Both the position numbers and the translations under genes were made by a program. Of a stretch of DNA of 59,542 nt, positions 9,513-19,071 are shown in pieces. The number at the start of each line of letters is the position of its first letter. The stretch's first letter is position 1. Source of the stretch: a bacterium (GTDB lineage Bacteria > UBA9089 > JASEIO01); assembly GCA_030017475.1 (NCBI GenBank), contig JASEIO010000003.1:1-59542 (forward strand). The letters are read 5' to 3'. A model generated the notes under the pieces. It did no database searches, was not told where the DNA came from, and was given only the letters and a program-made list of their open reading frames with translations.

Positions 9513-10310
9513 ATGACTGTTTTTCACTATCCAGGGTTATATCTTTGTTTTATATCTCAACATTTAAAGAAGATATTTGAATATAGGTTAAGTTTTTTTA
9601 TCGGAATAATTCCTTTTATTCTCCTTCAGTTGTCAGCAATAGTTGTTATCTGGGTTATCTTTAAAAAGGTGCCACATATAGCGGGATTTAGTTTTGACGA
9701 GGTATTATTCGTTTATGGATTAGGAATTGTTTGTTACGCATTTGGAAGGATGGTATTTTCCAACTTAAATAATTTTGGATATCGATACATTATTAAAGGC
9801 GAATTGGATGCCATATTAACTAAGCCTATAAATCCTTTATTTCATATTCTTGCTACTGATTTCTCAGAAAAAGAGATAGGAGAGTTATTCGTTGGGATAA
9901 TTTTGATAATAAAATCTATTATTGGTTTAAAAATACATTTTGGTATCTTAGAACTTTTAGCTCTTCTTTATTTTCTCCTGAATGGAATAATAATTTATGG
10001 ATCCATAAACTTAATTGCTGTGATTATATGTTTCTGGACGAAGGATATACAGGGACTAACCAGTCCAATAATGAGAATCCAGGAATTTTCTCAATATCCG
10101 GTTACAATCTATGGAAAGGCAATAAGATTTGTTATTACGTGGATAATACCTTTTGCATTTATAAGTTTTTTCCCCGCTGTTTTTTTTATTCGGAAGGAAG
10201 AATTTATTGGATATATCATTTGTATCCCATTAATAGGGATAATCTTTCCGTTAATAGCTTATCTATTGTGGTTAAAGGGATTATCCAGATATGAAAGTAG
10301 TGGCACATAA
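9513..10310 (+). CDS. ABC-2 family permease (DUF990-type), second subunit
   Basis: GELDAILTKPINPL, YPVTIY, C-terminal YESSG; ORF opens at 9462, probable ATG 9513. Confidence 0.85.
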   Translation: MTVFHYPGLYLCFISQHLKKIFEYRLSFFIGIIPFILLQLSAIVVIWVIFKKVPHIAGFSFDEVLFVYGLGIVCYAFGRMVFSNLNNFGYRYIIKGELDAILTKPINPLFHILATDFSEKEIGELFVGIILIIKSIIGLKIHFGILELLALLYFLLNGIIIYGSINLIAVIICFWTKDIQGLTSPIMRIQEFSQYPVTIYGKAIRFVITWIIPFAFISFFPAVFFIRKEEFIGYIICIPLIGIIFPLIAYLLWLKGLSRYESSGT

Positions 10311-10326
10311 AAACCGGAATTTTAGA

Positions 10327-10530
10327 ATGATAGTGAAGGGGAAAAGTATGGAGCCTATAATTATGGAGGATAGTGATGTTGCAATAGAAACTCTTCATCC
10401 TGCTCATGTTAGAATAGGAGATGTAGTTGTTTTAAAGTAGGAAATAAGAGAATTGTTTATAGAGTAATTGGAATTCATAAGATTAAAGAAGATGGGGTGG
10501 TTCATTTAATTTGTTAGGGTAAGACAAATA
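10327..10530 (+). pseudogene. S24/S26 (signal peptidase I-like) peptidase pseudogene
   Basis: MIVKGKSMEPII...IGDVVVLK* (stop 10438-10440); shifted frame continues VGNKRIVYRVIGI...LIC*G; matches G-x-SM-x-P / GD-VV / (H)RV boxes. Confidence 0.6.
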
Positions 10531-10685
10531 AAGCCACCGCACTGAAAAAGAACAGCTAACAAAATCGTATATGCTGCTAAAATGGACCGTCCCAAAAAGC
10601 TTGACTCTGCCTGCCTATGAAAGCAACACCAACCAAAAAGAGTCGTAATGGTTCAAAGGATATAGAGTAGGTATCAGATTCTTGT

Positions 10686-12143
10686 TTATGGCATTTCTTC
10701 TAAAGTAGCTGAGATAGACATTTTTTGTCCTTCACGAATTACCAGTAGCACTATACTTTCTCCAGCTGTTTTTCTTCTCACCTCTTTTTGGAATTCAGTA
10801 ACAGAGTGAATCTCTTTCCTATTGATCTTTTTAATGATATCCCCTCTCCTCAAACCCGCCTTTTCAGCTGGACTGCCTCTTCTAACCTCTAAGATGAAAA
10901 TTCCCTTCCCGTTCTTAACATCAAATTGTCTTGCCAATGCTTCAGTAAGGTCCTGAACTACTATTCCAAGATAACCTCCTCGGTTGATCTCTTTCTTTGG
11001 CTTTACTTCATGTTGAGTTACAAAGGCAATCTTTGACCCATCCTTTGACCAGGCAGGTGTCATGTATGTTGTATAGAGATAAGAAGGATCATTGGAAAAG
11101 GACTCTCCCAATTTTCTTAATCCATTTCCATCTGCGTTCATTACCCAAAGATTTCTTCCCCCATGAGTTATTTCAGAGAAGACTACTCTTTTTCCATCTG
11201 GAGATGGAGAAATCCCGATCAATCCATTATTTTCCTCTTCAAAAAATGTTAATTGCCTTGAATCCTTTCTTTCTAAATTAGCCTCCCAGATATTCCGGGT
11301 ACGTCCTCCTTTCTTTACTCCAGAGAATATAATCTTCTTTCCATCAGGCATGAAGATAGGATCGGTTATACTCGAGCTTATCTTAGTAAATCTTAATCCC
11401 TCAATCTCTTTATTATCTATATTTACAATAAGCATACAAGACCTCTCTCTTTTATTGGAAAAGACAACCTTATTCCCCTCAGGGGAAAAACTGAGTGGAG
11501 AATTTCCGTCTTTACAAAGTGTATTATTACCTAAAGTCAATTGCTCTATCCTATTTTTATTTATGTCGAACAACCATATATTGTCTTTTGATGGAACGGT
11601 TTCAAAAGACCTAACCACAAAAACCAACCTTTTCCCATCGGGACACCAAGTTAAATTGGTAACCATGTGCCCATCTTTAAAGTTATCTTTAAGATTGATC
11701 AATCGTTTTAAATTAATATCATTAAGATTAAATAAGAAAAGATTATTGGAACAAATGAAGGCAATCCTTTTACCATCTGGCGATGGAATAACATCTGTAA
11801 TTATAGAGTCTTTAGTAACCAATTCCTCGAGGTTCCCATTATTTATATCAATTATCCCAAGAGAAAACCCCTTTTTTTCCTTAATCCATGAAAATACTAT
11901 CCTATTATCATCTATCCACCAAGGAAAGCTCGGTATATAATATCTACTTGAAAATATTGTCCTTAGGTTTTTGCCATCACTATCTATTATATTTAAATTA
12001 TATCTCTGGTTTTTAACATCATCTTCTGTGACTCTTACAGTCACACAGCCATTCTTCCTTTCTATAACTTCAATGGATTCTGAAAGATTACTTAGTAATA
12101 AAAGAAAGAAAAAGCTAATACCAATAAAAAGTCTATCCTTCAT
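10686..12143 (-). CDS. Secreted TolB-like (PD40) beta-propeller protein with C-terminal PDZ domain
   Basis: Signal-like N-terminus, repeated SPDGKRI/WCPDGKRL/WSKDGSKI, GYLGI...GSPAEKAGLRRGDII PDZ; probable ATG 12143. Confidence 0.85.
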   Translation of the reverse strand: MKDRLFIGISFFFLLLLSNLSESIEVIERKNGCVTVRVTEDDVKNQRYNLNIIDSDGKNLRTIFSSRYYIPSFPWWIDDNRIVFSWIKEKKGFSLGIIDINNGNLEELVTKDSIITDVIPSPDGKRIAFICSNNLFLFNLNDINLKRLINLKDNFKDGHMVTNLTWCPDGKRLVFVVRSFETVPSKDNIWLFDINKNRIEQLTLGNNTLCKDGNSPLSFSPEGNKVVFSNKRERSCMLIVNIDNKEIEGLRFTKISSSITDPIFMPDGKKIIFSGVKKGGRTRNIWEANLERKDSRQLTFFEEENNGLIGISPSPDGKRVVFSEITHGGRNLWVMNADGNGLRKLGESFSNDPSYLYTTYMTPAWSKDGSKIAFVTQHEVKPKKEINRGGYLGIVVQDLTEALARQFDVKNGKGIFILEVRRGSPAEKAGLRRGDIIKKINRKEIHSVTEFQKEVRRKTAGESIVLLVIREGQKMSISATLEEMP

Positions 12144-12381
12144 AACCCCACCAATTATTTCCTTATCCAAGATAACTTTTTATATATATAAGTCCATTTC
12201 TTAATGTTTTCTCCTATCTTCTCCAGATTTCTAATATATTAATTTTACCAAAAAATTCTCTCACGTAATTTTTGTTTTGGTTCATCTCTCAAAAGATTGT
12301 GCCTAAGCTGCAATCTCTTAGAGATGTTAAGTCAGTGGGATAACCTCATAAGATAGGTATAACCTATTTGAAAAGATTATC

Positions 12382-12410
12382 TTGATTTTATTTAGGCTAT
12401 GTGATAGAAT
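12382..12410 (+). promoter_or_regulatory. sigma70-type promoter
   Basis: TTGATT-17-TAGAAT with extended TG; GGAGG RBS downstream. Confidence 0.55.
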
Positions 12411-12434
12411 AATCAAGAGGAGGTGAGGATATTA

Positions 12435-12902
12435 ATGAGGTGTAAAATCTTGGTTTTTGCAATATGCGCTTTTCTTTCGGTAAGTTTTAATGCCTTTTGT
12501 GAGGGAGAAAAAGAGGACACTTCAAAATCTGAGGTAATGGAGATTGAGAATGGAATTTCGTCTGAACAAACTGACGAATTGGTGAAGGCATTGTTTGAAG
12601 AATTTAGATATGCTATTACGGCGTTAAAAGAGGTTTGCGAAGGGGTTAGTGAAATTTTGGAGGAGGCAAAAAAGATCGCAAAGGAAGAGGTTCAGAAAAA
12701 GGTAGAAGAGATTATGAAAAAGGCAAAAGAGGATAAAAAGATTGTAGAAAGGTCTGTAAAAAAACAGATAGAAGAAGCGAGGAGGGAAATAGAGATAGTA
12801 AGACAAAAGATAGTTTCAGTTCTTGACAAGGTTCAGAAGGCAATTGAGGATTATGGAAAAGGGTCTATCGAAGAACCCACTACAGAAGAGAAGGTTGATT
12901 AA
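12435..12902 (+). CDS. Hypothetical secreted coiled-coil protein
   Basis: Signal peptide then E/K-rich helical sequence; GTG 12423 or ATG 12435. Confidence 0.7.
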   Translation: MRCKILVFAICAFLSVSFNAFCEGEKEDTSKSEVMEIENGISSEQTDELVKALFEEFRYAITALKEVCEGVSEILEEAKKIAKEEVQKKVEEIMKKAKEDKKIVERSVKKQIEEARREIEIVRQKIVSVLDKVQKAIEDYGKGSIEEPTTEEKVD

Positions 12903-12909
12903 GTTTTAG

Positions 12910-12938
12910 TTGACGCAGTCAAGATTTAATGTTATAAT
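12910..12938 (+). promoter_or_regulatory. sigma70 promoter upstream of the dxr operon
   Basis: TTGACG-17-TATAAT with extended TG. Confidence 0.7.
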
Positions 12939-13086
12939 CCCTAATTCTAATGAAGGAATAAATTATGAGATGTTTGTAGGTTTTTTATTGGGATAATTTA
13001 TCCCCCTACTTTTTGCTGAAGAGAAAGAGTCGGAAGGTACCTCTCTATTACGTTCATTACCAAGAAAATAAAAGGGAGACCAAATT

Positions 13087-14226
13087 ATGGTTGTAAAAAA
13101 CATCTCGGTTCTTGGTTCAACAGGATCAATTGGAGTTCGTACCTTAGATGTAATCGAAAAGAATCGATCACGGTTTAGGGTCATTGGATTGACTGCTAAT
13201 AAGAACATTGATCTATTAGAGGTTCAAATCAAGAAATTTAATCCACGTTTAGTGGCTTTGATGGACGAGCAGAAAGCAGATCAATTAAAAAAAAGGGTAA
13301 AGGGATGTAAGGTCTATGGAGGATTAGAAGGGATAGTTAAGGTAGCAACAAGCGAGGAAGTAGACCTTGTTGTTTTAGCAATTGTTGGAGGGAGGGTTTT
13401 AATTCCACTAATTGAGGCAATAAGATGCAAAAAAGATATTGCCTTAGCAAATAAAGAGACAATGGTTATGGCAGGACATATCATTATGTCTTTATCTTTG
13501 GAAAATGGATGTAAGGTTATCCCTATTGATTCTGAACATTCAGCTATCTTTCAATGTTTGGATGGAAAAGATACCCATTATGTGAAAGGGATAATTCTTA
13601 CTGCCTCAGGTGGTCCATTTTTAGATAGGGCTGATTTAGAAGATATTAAACCTTCGGAGGCAATCCTGCATCCGAATTGGCAGATGGGTAAGAAGATATC
13701 TATCGATTCAGCTACATTAATGAATAAAGGGTTAGAAATCATTGAAGCTCATCATCTATTTGGGGTGCCAGTTGATAAGATTAAGGTGGTTATACATCCT
13801 CAATCAATAATTCACTCAATGGTTGAATTTGTGGATGGTACCTTACTTGCTCAATTAAGTCAACCCGATATGCAAATCCCAATAAGTTATGCCTTAACCT
13901 ATCCTGAGAGGATACAGAATACCGTACCAGAGCTCAATATGTTGGAAATTGGAAAGCTTTCCTTTAGAGAACCTGATCTCTCGCGATTTCCTGCTTTAGG
14001 CTTAGCAATTACCTCAGCACATATCGGTGGTTCAATGCCCGTAGTATTAAATGCCACAGATGAAGTAGCCGTAGAGAAATTTTTGGGAGGGGAGATTAGA
14101 TTCCAGGAGATCCCAATTTTAATAAAGAAGGTTATGGATAAACATCAAGTAATAGAAAACCCTGGTTTATCCGAGATCCTTGAGATTGATAAATGGGCGC
14201 GTCTTGAGGCAGAAAAGGGGTTATAA
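13087..14226 (+). CDS. dxr: 1-deoxy-D-xylulose-5-phosphate reductoisomerase
   Basis: LGSTGSIG, LANKE, PIDSEHSA, HPNWQMGKKISIDSATLMNKGLE. Confidence 0.97.
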   Translation: MVVKNISVLGSTGSIGVRTLDVIEKNRSRFRVIGLTANKNIDLLEVQIKKFNPRLVALMDEQKADQLKKRVKGCKVYGGLEGIVKVATSEEVDLVVLAIVGGRVLIPLIEAIRCKKDIALANKETMVMAGHIIMSLSLENGCKVIPIDSEHSAIFQCLDGKDTHYVKGIILTASGGPFLDRADLEDIKPSEAILHPNWQMGKKISIDSATLMNKGLEIIEAHHLFGVPVDKIKVVIHPQSIIHSMVEFVDGTLLAQLSQPDMQIPISYALTYPERIQNTVPELNMLEIGKLSFREPDLSRFPALGLAITSAHIGGSMPVVLNATDEVAVEKFLGGEIRFQEIPILIKKVMDKHQVIENPGLSEILEIDKWARLEAEKGL

Positions 14227-15554
14227 TGTTTATCATTGCCTTTATAGTTATTTTATCACCAATAATCTTACTCCATGAATTAGGACATTTTCTAATTGCC
14301 AAAAGGGCAGGGGTAAAGGTAGAGAAGTTCTCCTTAGGTTTTGGTCCCAAGATTTTTGGGTTTCGCTTCCAGGATACTGAATACCTTATCTCTCTAATCC
14401 TTTTTGGTGGTTATGTGAAGATGGCTGGGGAGGATATTCGTGCGAAATTGAAAGGAGATGGCACAGAGTTCAGAACAAAGGATGTCTTAACCAGAATCTT
14501 TATTGTTATTGCTGGGTCAGCTTTAAATATAATCTCCGCAAGTTTGATCTTTTCCGCAGTGTTTATGTTAGGAATCCCTACCTTTGGGAACAAGATAAGT
14601 GTAGACAAGGACTCTCCAGCCTGGAAGGTTGGATTAAGATCAGGTGATAGAATTATTGATATCTCTGGAGAAAAGATCCGAAGTTTTAATAGGTTGATAG
14701 AAAAGATGATTGAGAAATCAGGAAGCGAGATGGAACTTGTGGTTTCAAGAGATAATCTGAGAATAAAGAAGGTGATAAGGGATGTAGAGATTGAAAATTT
14801 TGGTATATCACCTTTCCTTCCTCCTGAAATAGGGGATGTATTAGAAGGTTATCCTGCGAAGGCTTGTGGATTAAAGAAAGGAGACAAGGTAATCTCCATT
14901 AATGGAAAGAGGGTTTCTGGATGGAATGAGATGGCAGAGGTTATCCATAAGTCAGGAGATAAGGTCTTAGAGATTTTAGTAAAAAGGGATGGTAAGGAAT
15001 TCTTAGTTGATATAACTCCAAAGATAGAGGAATTGGGTACCGGTAGTAAGATTGGATTGATTGGAATAACACCAGTTAGTCCAAAGATGGAATATGAAAG
15101 GTATGGAATTATAACCTCATTTGGAAAAGGGATATACCAGACCTACAACATTATCAAAGTCTCGTTAGTTGCCATAGGAAAGTTGATTATGGGAAGACTT
15201 TCCTTCCGGCATCTTGCTGGACCTTTAGGTATCGCAAAGGTGGCTTCTGAACAAATGCAATTTGGCTTAACCAACATCCTTTTACTTGTAGCATCCTTAT
15301 CTGCAATCTTAGGTGCAATCAATCTCCTTCCTATACCTGTCTTAGATGGAGGTTATATCATGTTTTTTGTTATAGAAAAACTGAGAGGCCAACCAATAAA
15401 ACCAAAGATACAAGAGATTGCTCAAGCCATCAGTCTTAGTATGTTAATATGCCTAATTGTTTATATAACCATATTTAATGACCTTCCAAGGTTTTCACTT
15501 TGGAATGCATTTATCTCTAAGGCAAGTGAGATGCTAAACATAATAAGGAAATGA
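14226..15554 (+). CDS. rseP: RIP metalloprotease RseP
   Basis: HELGH, two PDZ-like regions, NLLPIPVLDGG; canonical position after dxr. Confidence 0.93.
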   Translation: MFIIAFIVILSPIILLHELGHFLIAKRAGVKVEKFSLGFGPKIFGFRFQDTEYLISLILFGGYVKMAGEDIRAKLKGDGTEFRTKDVLTRIFIVIAGSALNIISASLIFSAVFMLGIPTFGNKISVDKDSPAWKVGLRSGDRIIDISGEKIRSFNRLIEKMIEKSGSEMELVVSRDNLRIKKVIRDVEIENFGISPFLPPEIGDVLEGYPAKACGLKKGDKVISINGKRVSGWNEMAEVIHKSGDKVLEILVKRDGKEFLVDITPKIEELGTGSKIGLIGITPVSPKMEYERYGIITSFGKGIYQTYNIIKVSLVAIGKLIMGRLSFRHLAGPLGIAKVASEQMQFGLTNILLLVASLSAILGAINLLPIPVLDGGYIMFFVIEKLRGQPIKPKIQEIAQAISLSMLICLIVYITIFNDLPRFSLWNAFISKASEMLNIIRK

Positions 15555-16597
15555 TTAGAAGAAAGACAAAGGAGATCAAGGTTCGAGATGTAGTAATTGG
15601 TGGAAGTGCACCTATATCTGTTCAATCAATGACAAAGACTGATACGAGAGACATAGATGCTACTATTTCGCAAATTAGGAGACTTGAGGATGTAGGTTGT
15701 GAGATTGTTAGGGTTTCAGTGAAAGATTCTGAAGCAGCCAATGCACTTCCAGAGATCAAGAGAAGGATAGGTATTCCATTGGTGGCTGATGTCCATTTTG
15801 ATTATAGATTGGCAATCGCCTCAATTGAAAAAGGGGTTGATAAGATCCGGATAAATCCAGGAAATATTAGGGATGAAGCTAAGATTAGAGAGATAGTTTT
15901 AAAGGCAAAAGAAAGGGGTATACCAATTAGGATTGGTGTAAATAGTGGATCAATAAACGAGAAAGCCACCCCTTCAGAAATGGTCAATCTTGCGCTAAAG
16001 TACGTAGGTATATTAGAGAAATTGCGCTTTTATGACATTATCATTTCTCTTAAGGCATCAGATGTCCCTACTACATTAGCCTCATATCAATTGATGGCAG
16101 GGCATGTTGATTATCCATTTCATATTGGTATCACTGAATCAGGTTTGCCTTTGAAAGGAGGTATTAAATCGGCTGTTGGGATAGGGATTTTGCTATTCCA
16201 AGGGATTGGGGATACGATACGTGTATCCTTAACTGGAGATCCTGTAGAAGAGGTTAAAGCAGGCTATGAAATTTTAAAGGCATTAAGCTTACGGACATAT
16301 GGCTATGAGATCATCTCCTGTCCAACCTGTGGTAGATGTGAGATAGATTTAGTAAGGATTACTGAGGAGGTGGAAGATAGATTGTCCAACTTCCAACTTC
16401 CAACTTCCCACTTCCCACTTAAGATAGCTATTATGGGGTGTGTGGTGAATGGTCCAGGAGAGGCACGCCATGCAGATATAGGTATTGCAGGAGGTAAAGG
16501 GGTAGGGATATTGTTTAAAAGAGGAAAGGTGGTAAAAAGGATTAAGGAAAAGGATTTGGTCGAGACTTTACTATATGAGGTAAGAAATTGGAGATAG
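15551..16597 (+). CDS. ispG: HMBPP synthase
   Basis: SVQSMT, RINPGN, RIGVNSGS, CPTCGR, MGCVVNGPGE. Confidence 0.97.
   Translation: MIRRKTKEIKVRDVVIGGSAPISVQSMTKTDTRDIDATISQIRRLEDVGCEIVRVSVKDSEAANALPEIKRRIGIPLVADVHFDYRLAIASIEKGVDKIRINPGNIRDEAKIREIVLKAKERGIPIRIGVNSGSINEKATPSEMVNLALKYVGILEKLRFYDIIISLKASDVPTTLASYQLMAGHVDYPFHIGITESGLPLKGGIKSAVGIGILLFQGIGDTIRVSLTGDPVEEVKAGYEILKALSLRTYGYEIISCPTCGRCEIDLVRITEEVEDRLSNFQLPTSHFPLKIAIMGCVVNGPGEARHADIGIAGGKGVGILFKRGKVVKRIKEKDLVETLLYEVRNWR
16385..16419 (+). repeat. Heptamer tandem repeat in ispG
   Basis: TCCAACT x3 + TCCCACT x2, encoding SNFQLPTSHFP. Confidence 0.9.
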
Positions 16598-17403
16598 ATA
16601 AAGCTATAGGGATATTTGATTCAGGTGTTGGTGGATTAACAGTAATGAAGGAGGTAATCAAAGAACTTCCCTTTGAAGATATTATCTATTTTGGAGACAT
16701 AGCCAGAACGCCTTATGGGTCAAAAAGTAAGGAGACTGTAACTAAATATGCAAGGGAAATTGTCCATTTTCTATCTTCCCAAGGGGTAAAGATAATAGTT
16801 GTTGCTTGTAATACAGTCACTTCTTTCGCCTTAGAGACCTTAAGGCAGGAGTTTAGGTTACCAATTATAGGTGTTATTAAACCAGGGGTAAAGAAGGCAG
16901 TAGAGATTGCAGGAAATAAAAGGGTTGGAGTTATTGGTACCGAAGGAACAATATTGAGTGGAGCTTACCAAAGAGAGATTAAATCAATACAACCTTCGGT
17001 AGAGATTATAAGTATTTCATGTCCATTATTTGTCCCCATAGTTGAAGAAGGATGGATAGATACAGAGGTTTCCAACTTAGTTGCTTCGGAATATTTAGCC
17101 CCTTTAAAGACTAAGAAGATAGATACATTGATCTTAGGTTGCACCCATTATCCTATGCTAAAAAAGGTAATTCAAAAGGTTATAGGAGATGGAGTGAAAT
17201 TGGTTGATTCTGCTACGCAAGTTGCCATAGAAACCAAAGATGTTCTATCAAAAAACGGACTGATTCGTGAATCTAATAGAAAAGCGACTCATAAGTTCTA
17301 CGTTTCAGATCTTCCTCCAAAATTTAAAGAGCTTGCAAAGAGATTTTTAGGGGAGGAGATTAGGGAAGTGATTAAGATAGATATGAGTGAATTTGTTAAA
17401 TAA
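16588..17403 (+). CDS. murI: Glutamate racemase
   Basis: FDSGVGGLTV, ACNT, LGCTHYP. Confidence 0.96.
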   Translation: MEIDKAIGIFDSGVGGLTVMKEVIKELPFEDIIYFGDIARTPYGSKSKETVTKYAREIVHFLSSQGVKIIVVACNTVTSFALETLRQEFRLPIIGVIKPGVKKAVEIAGNKRVGVIGTEGTILSGAYQREIKSIQPSVEIISISCPLFVPIVEEGWIDTEVSNLVASEYLAPLKTKKIDTLILGCTHYPMLKKVIQKVIGDGVKLVDSATQVAIETKDVLSKNGLIRESNRKATHKFYVSDLPPKFKELAKRFLGEEIREVIKIDMSEFVK

Positions 17404-17416
17404 TAAGGAGGAAGAC

Positions 17417-17797
17417 TTGTACGAGTTAATGGTAGAATCTTCATTCAGTGCTGCCCATTATCTGAGAGGATATAAAGGCAAGTGTGAATCTTTGCATGGA
17501 CACAATTTCCGGGTACAAGCCGAGGTTAAATCACGAGAATTGAATGAATTAGGGATGGTGATGGATTTTAAGGATTTAAAAGAGGTGCTTAATGAGGTTA
17601 TAAAAAGGATTGATCATAAGAATCTAAATGAATTAGAAGTCTTCCGAGATGAAAATCCAACAAGTGAGAACATAGCTAAATATATCTACAATCAGATTCG
17701 GAAATCTATGAGTTCTAACTTTCCGTTGTTTACTATAAGTAAAGTTAGGGTTTGGGAGACAGATAATAGTTGTGCATCCTTTGGAGAAGTGGTTTGA
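17417..17797 (+). CDS. queD: 6-carboxytetrahydropterin synthase
   Basis: FSAAH, CESLHGHN, NPTSEN, VWET; probable TTG 17417 after AAGGAGG (ORF opens 17387). Confidence 0.93.
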   Translation: MYELMVESSFSAAHYLRGYKGKCESLHGHNFRVQAEVKSRELNELGMVMDFKDLKEVLNEVIKRIDHKNLNELEVFRDENPTSENIAKYIYNQIRKSMSSNFPLFTISKVRVWETDNSCASFGEVV

Positions 17798-18468
17798 AGA
17801 GTGTTGTATTACTATCAGGTGGACTTGATTCCAGTGTTTCATTTGTTAAAGCAATGGATGAAACAGATGTAGAATTGACCTTAACATTTGATTACAGACA
17901 AAAATCAGCGAATAAGGAAATTGAAGCTGCAAGACGGATCTCCGAGATGTATAAGGTTTCTCATAAAGTGGTTGAACTACCATGGTTTTTGGAGATTACA
18001 TCCACTGCCTTAGTAAATAGGAATAAAGAAATCCCCAAATTTGATTTTAAAGATTCTACCTCGAGAGATACTGCACGCCTTGTTTGGGTTCCAAATAGAA
18101 ATGGGGTATTCATAAATATTGCTGCAAGTTTTGCTGAAGGTCTTTCATGTAGCGTAGTAGTTACAGGATTTAACAAAGAAGAAGGGGAAACCTTTCCTGA
18201 TAATAGTGTCTTGTTTATTGATGCTATAAATCATTCTCTCGAGTTTTCTACGTTAACGTCCATAAAGGTAATAAGCTTCACCTCCAATTTGGATAAATCG
18301 GAGATTGTTACTCTGGGAAAGGCATTAGGGGTCCCTTTCCGTTATATTTGGAGTTGTTATGATGGAGAAGATAGGATGTGCGGAAGGTGCGAAAGTTGCC
18401 AGAGAACAATTAGGGCATTTAAGGCTACTGATAACTGGGATTTGATAAGCGGTAAATTCAAGACTTGA
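17794..18468 (+). CDS. queC: 7-cyano-7-deazaguanine synthase
   Basis: LSGGLDS, VPNRN, WSCY...CGRCESC; probable TTG 17794. Confidence 0.93.
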   Translation: MKSVVLLSGGLDSSVSFVKAMDETDVELTLTFDYRQKSANKEIEAARRISEMYKVSHKVVELPWFLEITSTALVNRNKEIPKFDFKDSTSRDTARLVWVPNRNGVFINIAASFAEGLSCSVVVTGFNKEEGETFPDNSVLFIDAINHSLEFSTLTSIKVISFTSNLDKSEIVTLGKALGVPFRYIWSCYDGEDRMCGRCESCQRTIRAFKATDNWDLISGKFKT

Positions 18469-18513
18469 TTATTATATATAGAAAAGTATAAAGATTTTCT
18501 TTAGAGGCGATTA

Positions 18514-19071
18514 ATGAACTGGAAATTTATTGAAAAGTCAATTAGCTACACTGGGCGTCAGCTCAGATCACATTGGATATACAAAAATTTTAATCTATTA
18601 GGGGATGCTATTGTTGCCTTTACTGGAAGGGCAAAGGTTGAGAAAGATGATTTGGTTGATTTAGAAGATGAAAAGGCAGGATTTTTTATCGAAAGTAGTG
18701 AGATGTTGCATTTCATAGTAGAGCACTTTGGAATGGATTTAGAGTTAGGTATCCATCGCCAGAGATTGTTAGCAACCATAATTTGCAGTGAGATAAATCA
18801 TCAACTTAGAAAAAATGTGGTTGAAAGACGAGGGGATAATATATATGATGGGAAATATAAGATCTCTGTTTCTATTGCTACCCTGAGTCCGGTTTCTGTA
18901 ATTATCCATGAAGGTATAAATGTTGTATCAACTGGTACACCTGTTAAAACCCGTGGACTTTTAGATTATGGGATTGATCCACGTCCTTTTTCAGAACATG
19001 TTATGAGAAGATATTGCAAAGAGATCGAGGAGATTAGGATTGCAAGGTGTAAGGTAAGAGGGGTAAAATGA
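18514..19071 (+). CDS. DUF366-family protein
   Basis: YTGRQLRSHW, MLHFIVEHF, RRGDNIY, KISVSIAT, C-terminal KVRGV resemble DUF366; lies inside que cluster. Confidence 0.75.
   Translation: MNWKFIEKSISYTGRQLRSHWIYKNFNLLGDAIVAFTGRAKVEKDDLVDLEDEKAGFFIESSEMLHFIVEHFGMDLELGIHRQRLLATIICSEINHQLRKNVVERRGDNIYDGKYKISVSIATLSPVSVIIHEGINVVSTGTPVKTRGLLDYGIDPRPFSEHVMRRYCKEIEEIRIARCKVRGVK

Noticed and set aside
10510-10680. Possible integron attC site (GTTAGGG and GCTAAC boxes)
   Set aside because: Boxes are in the wrong order for one attC, no convincing palindrome, no integrase
17705-17740. Heptamer tract in queD (SMSSNFPLFTIS) and the nusB tail at 33402-33438
   Set aside because: Too degenerate to separate from chance by eye
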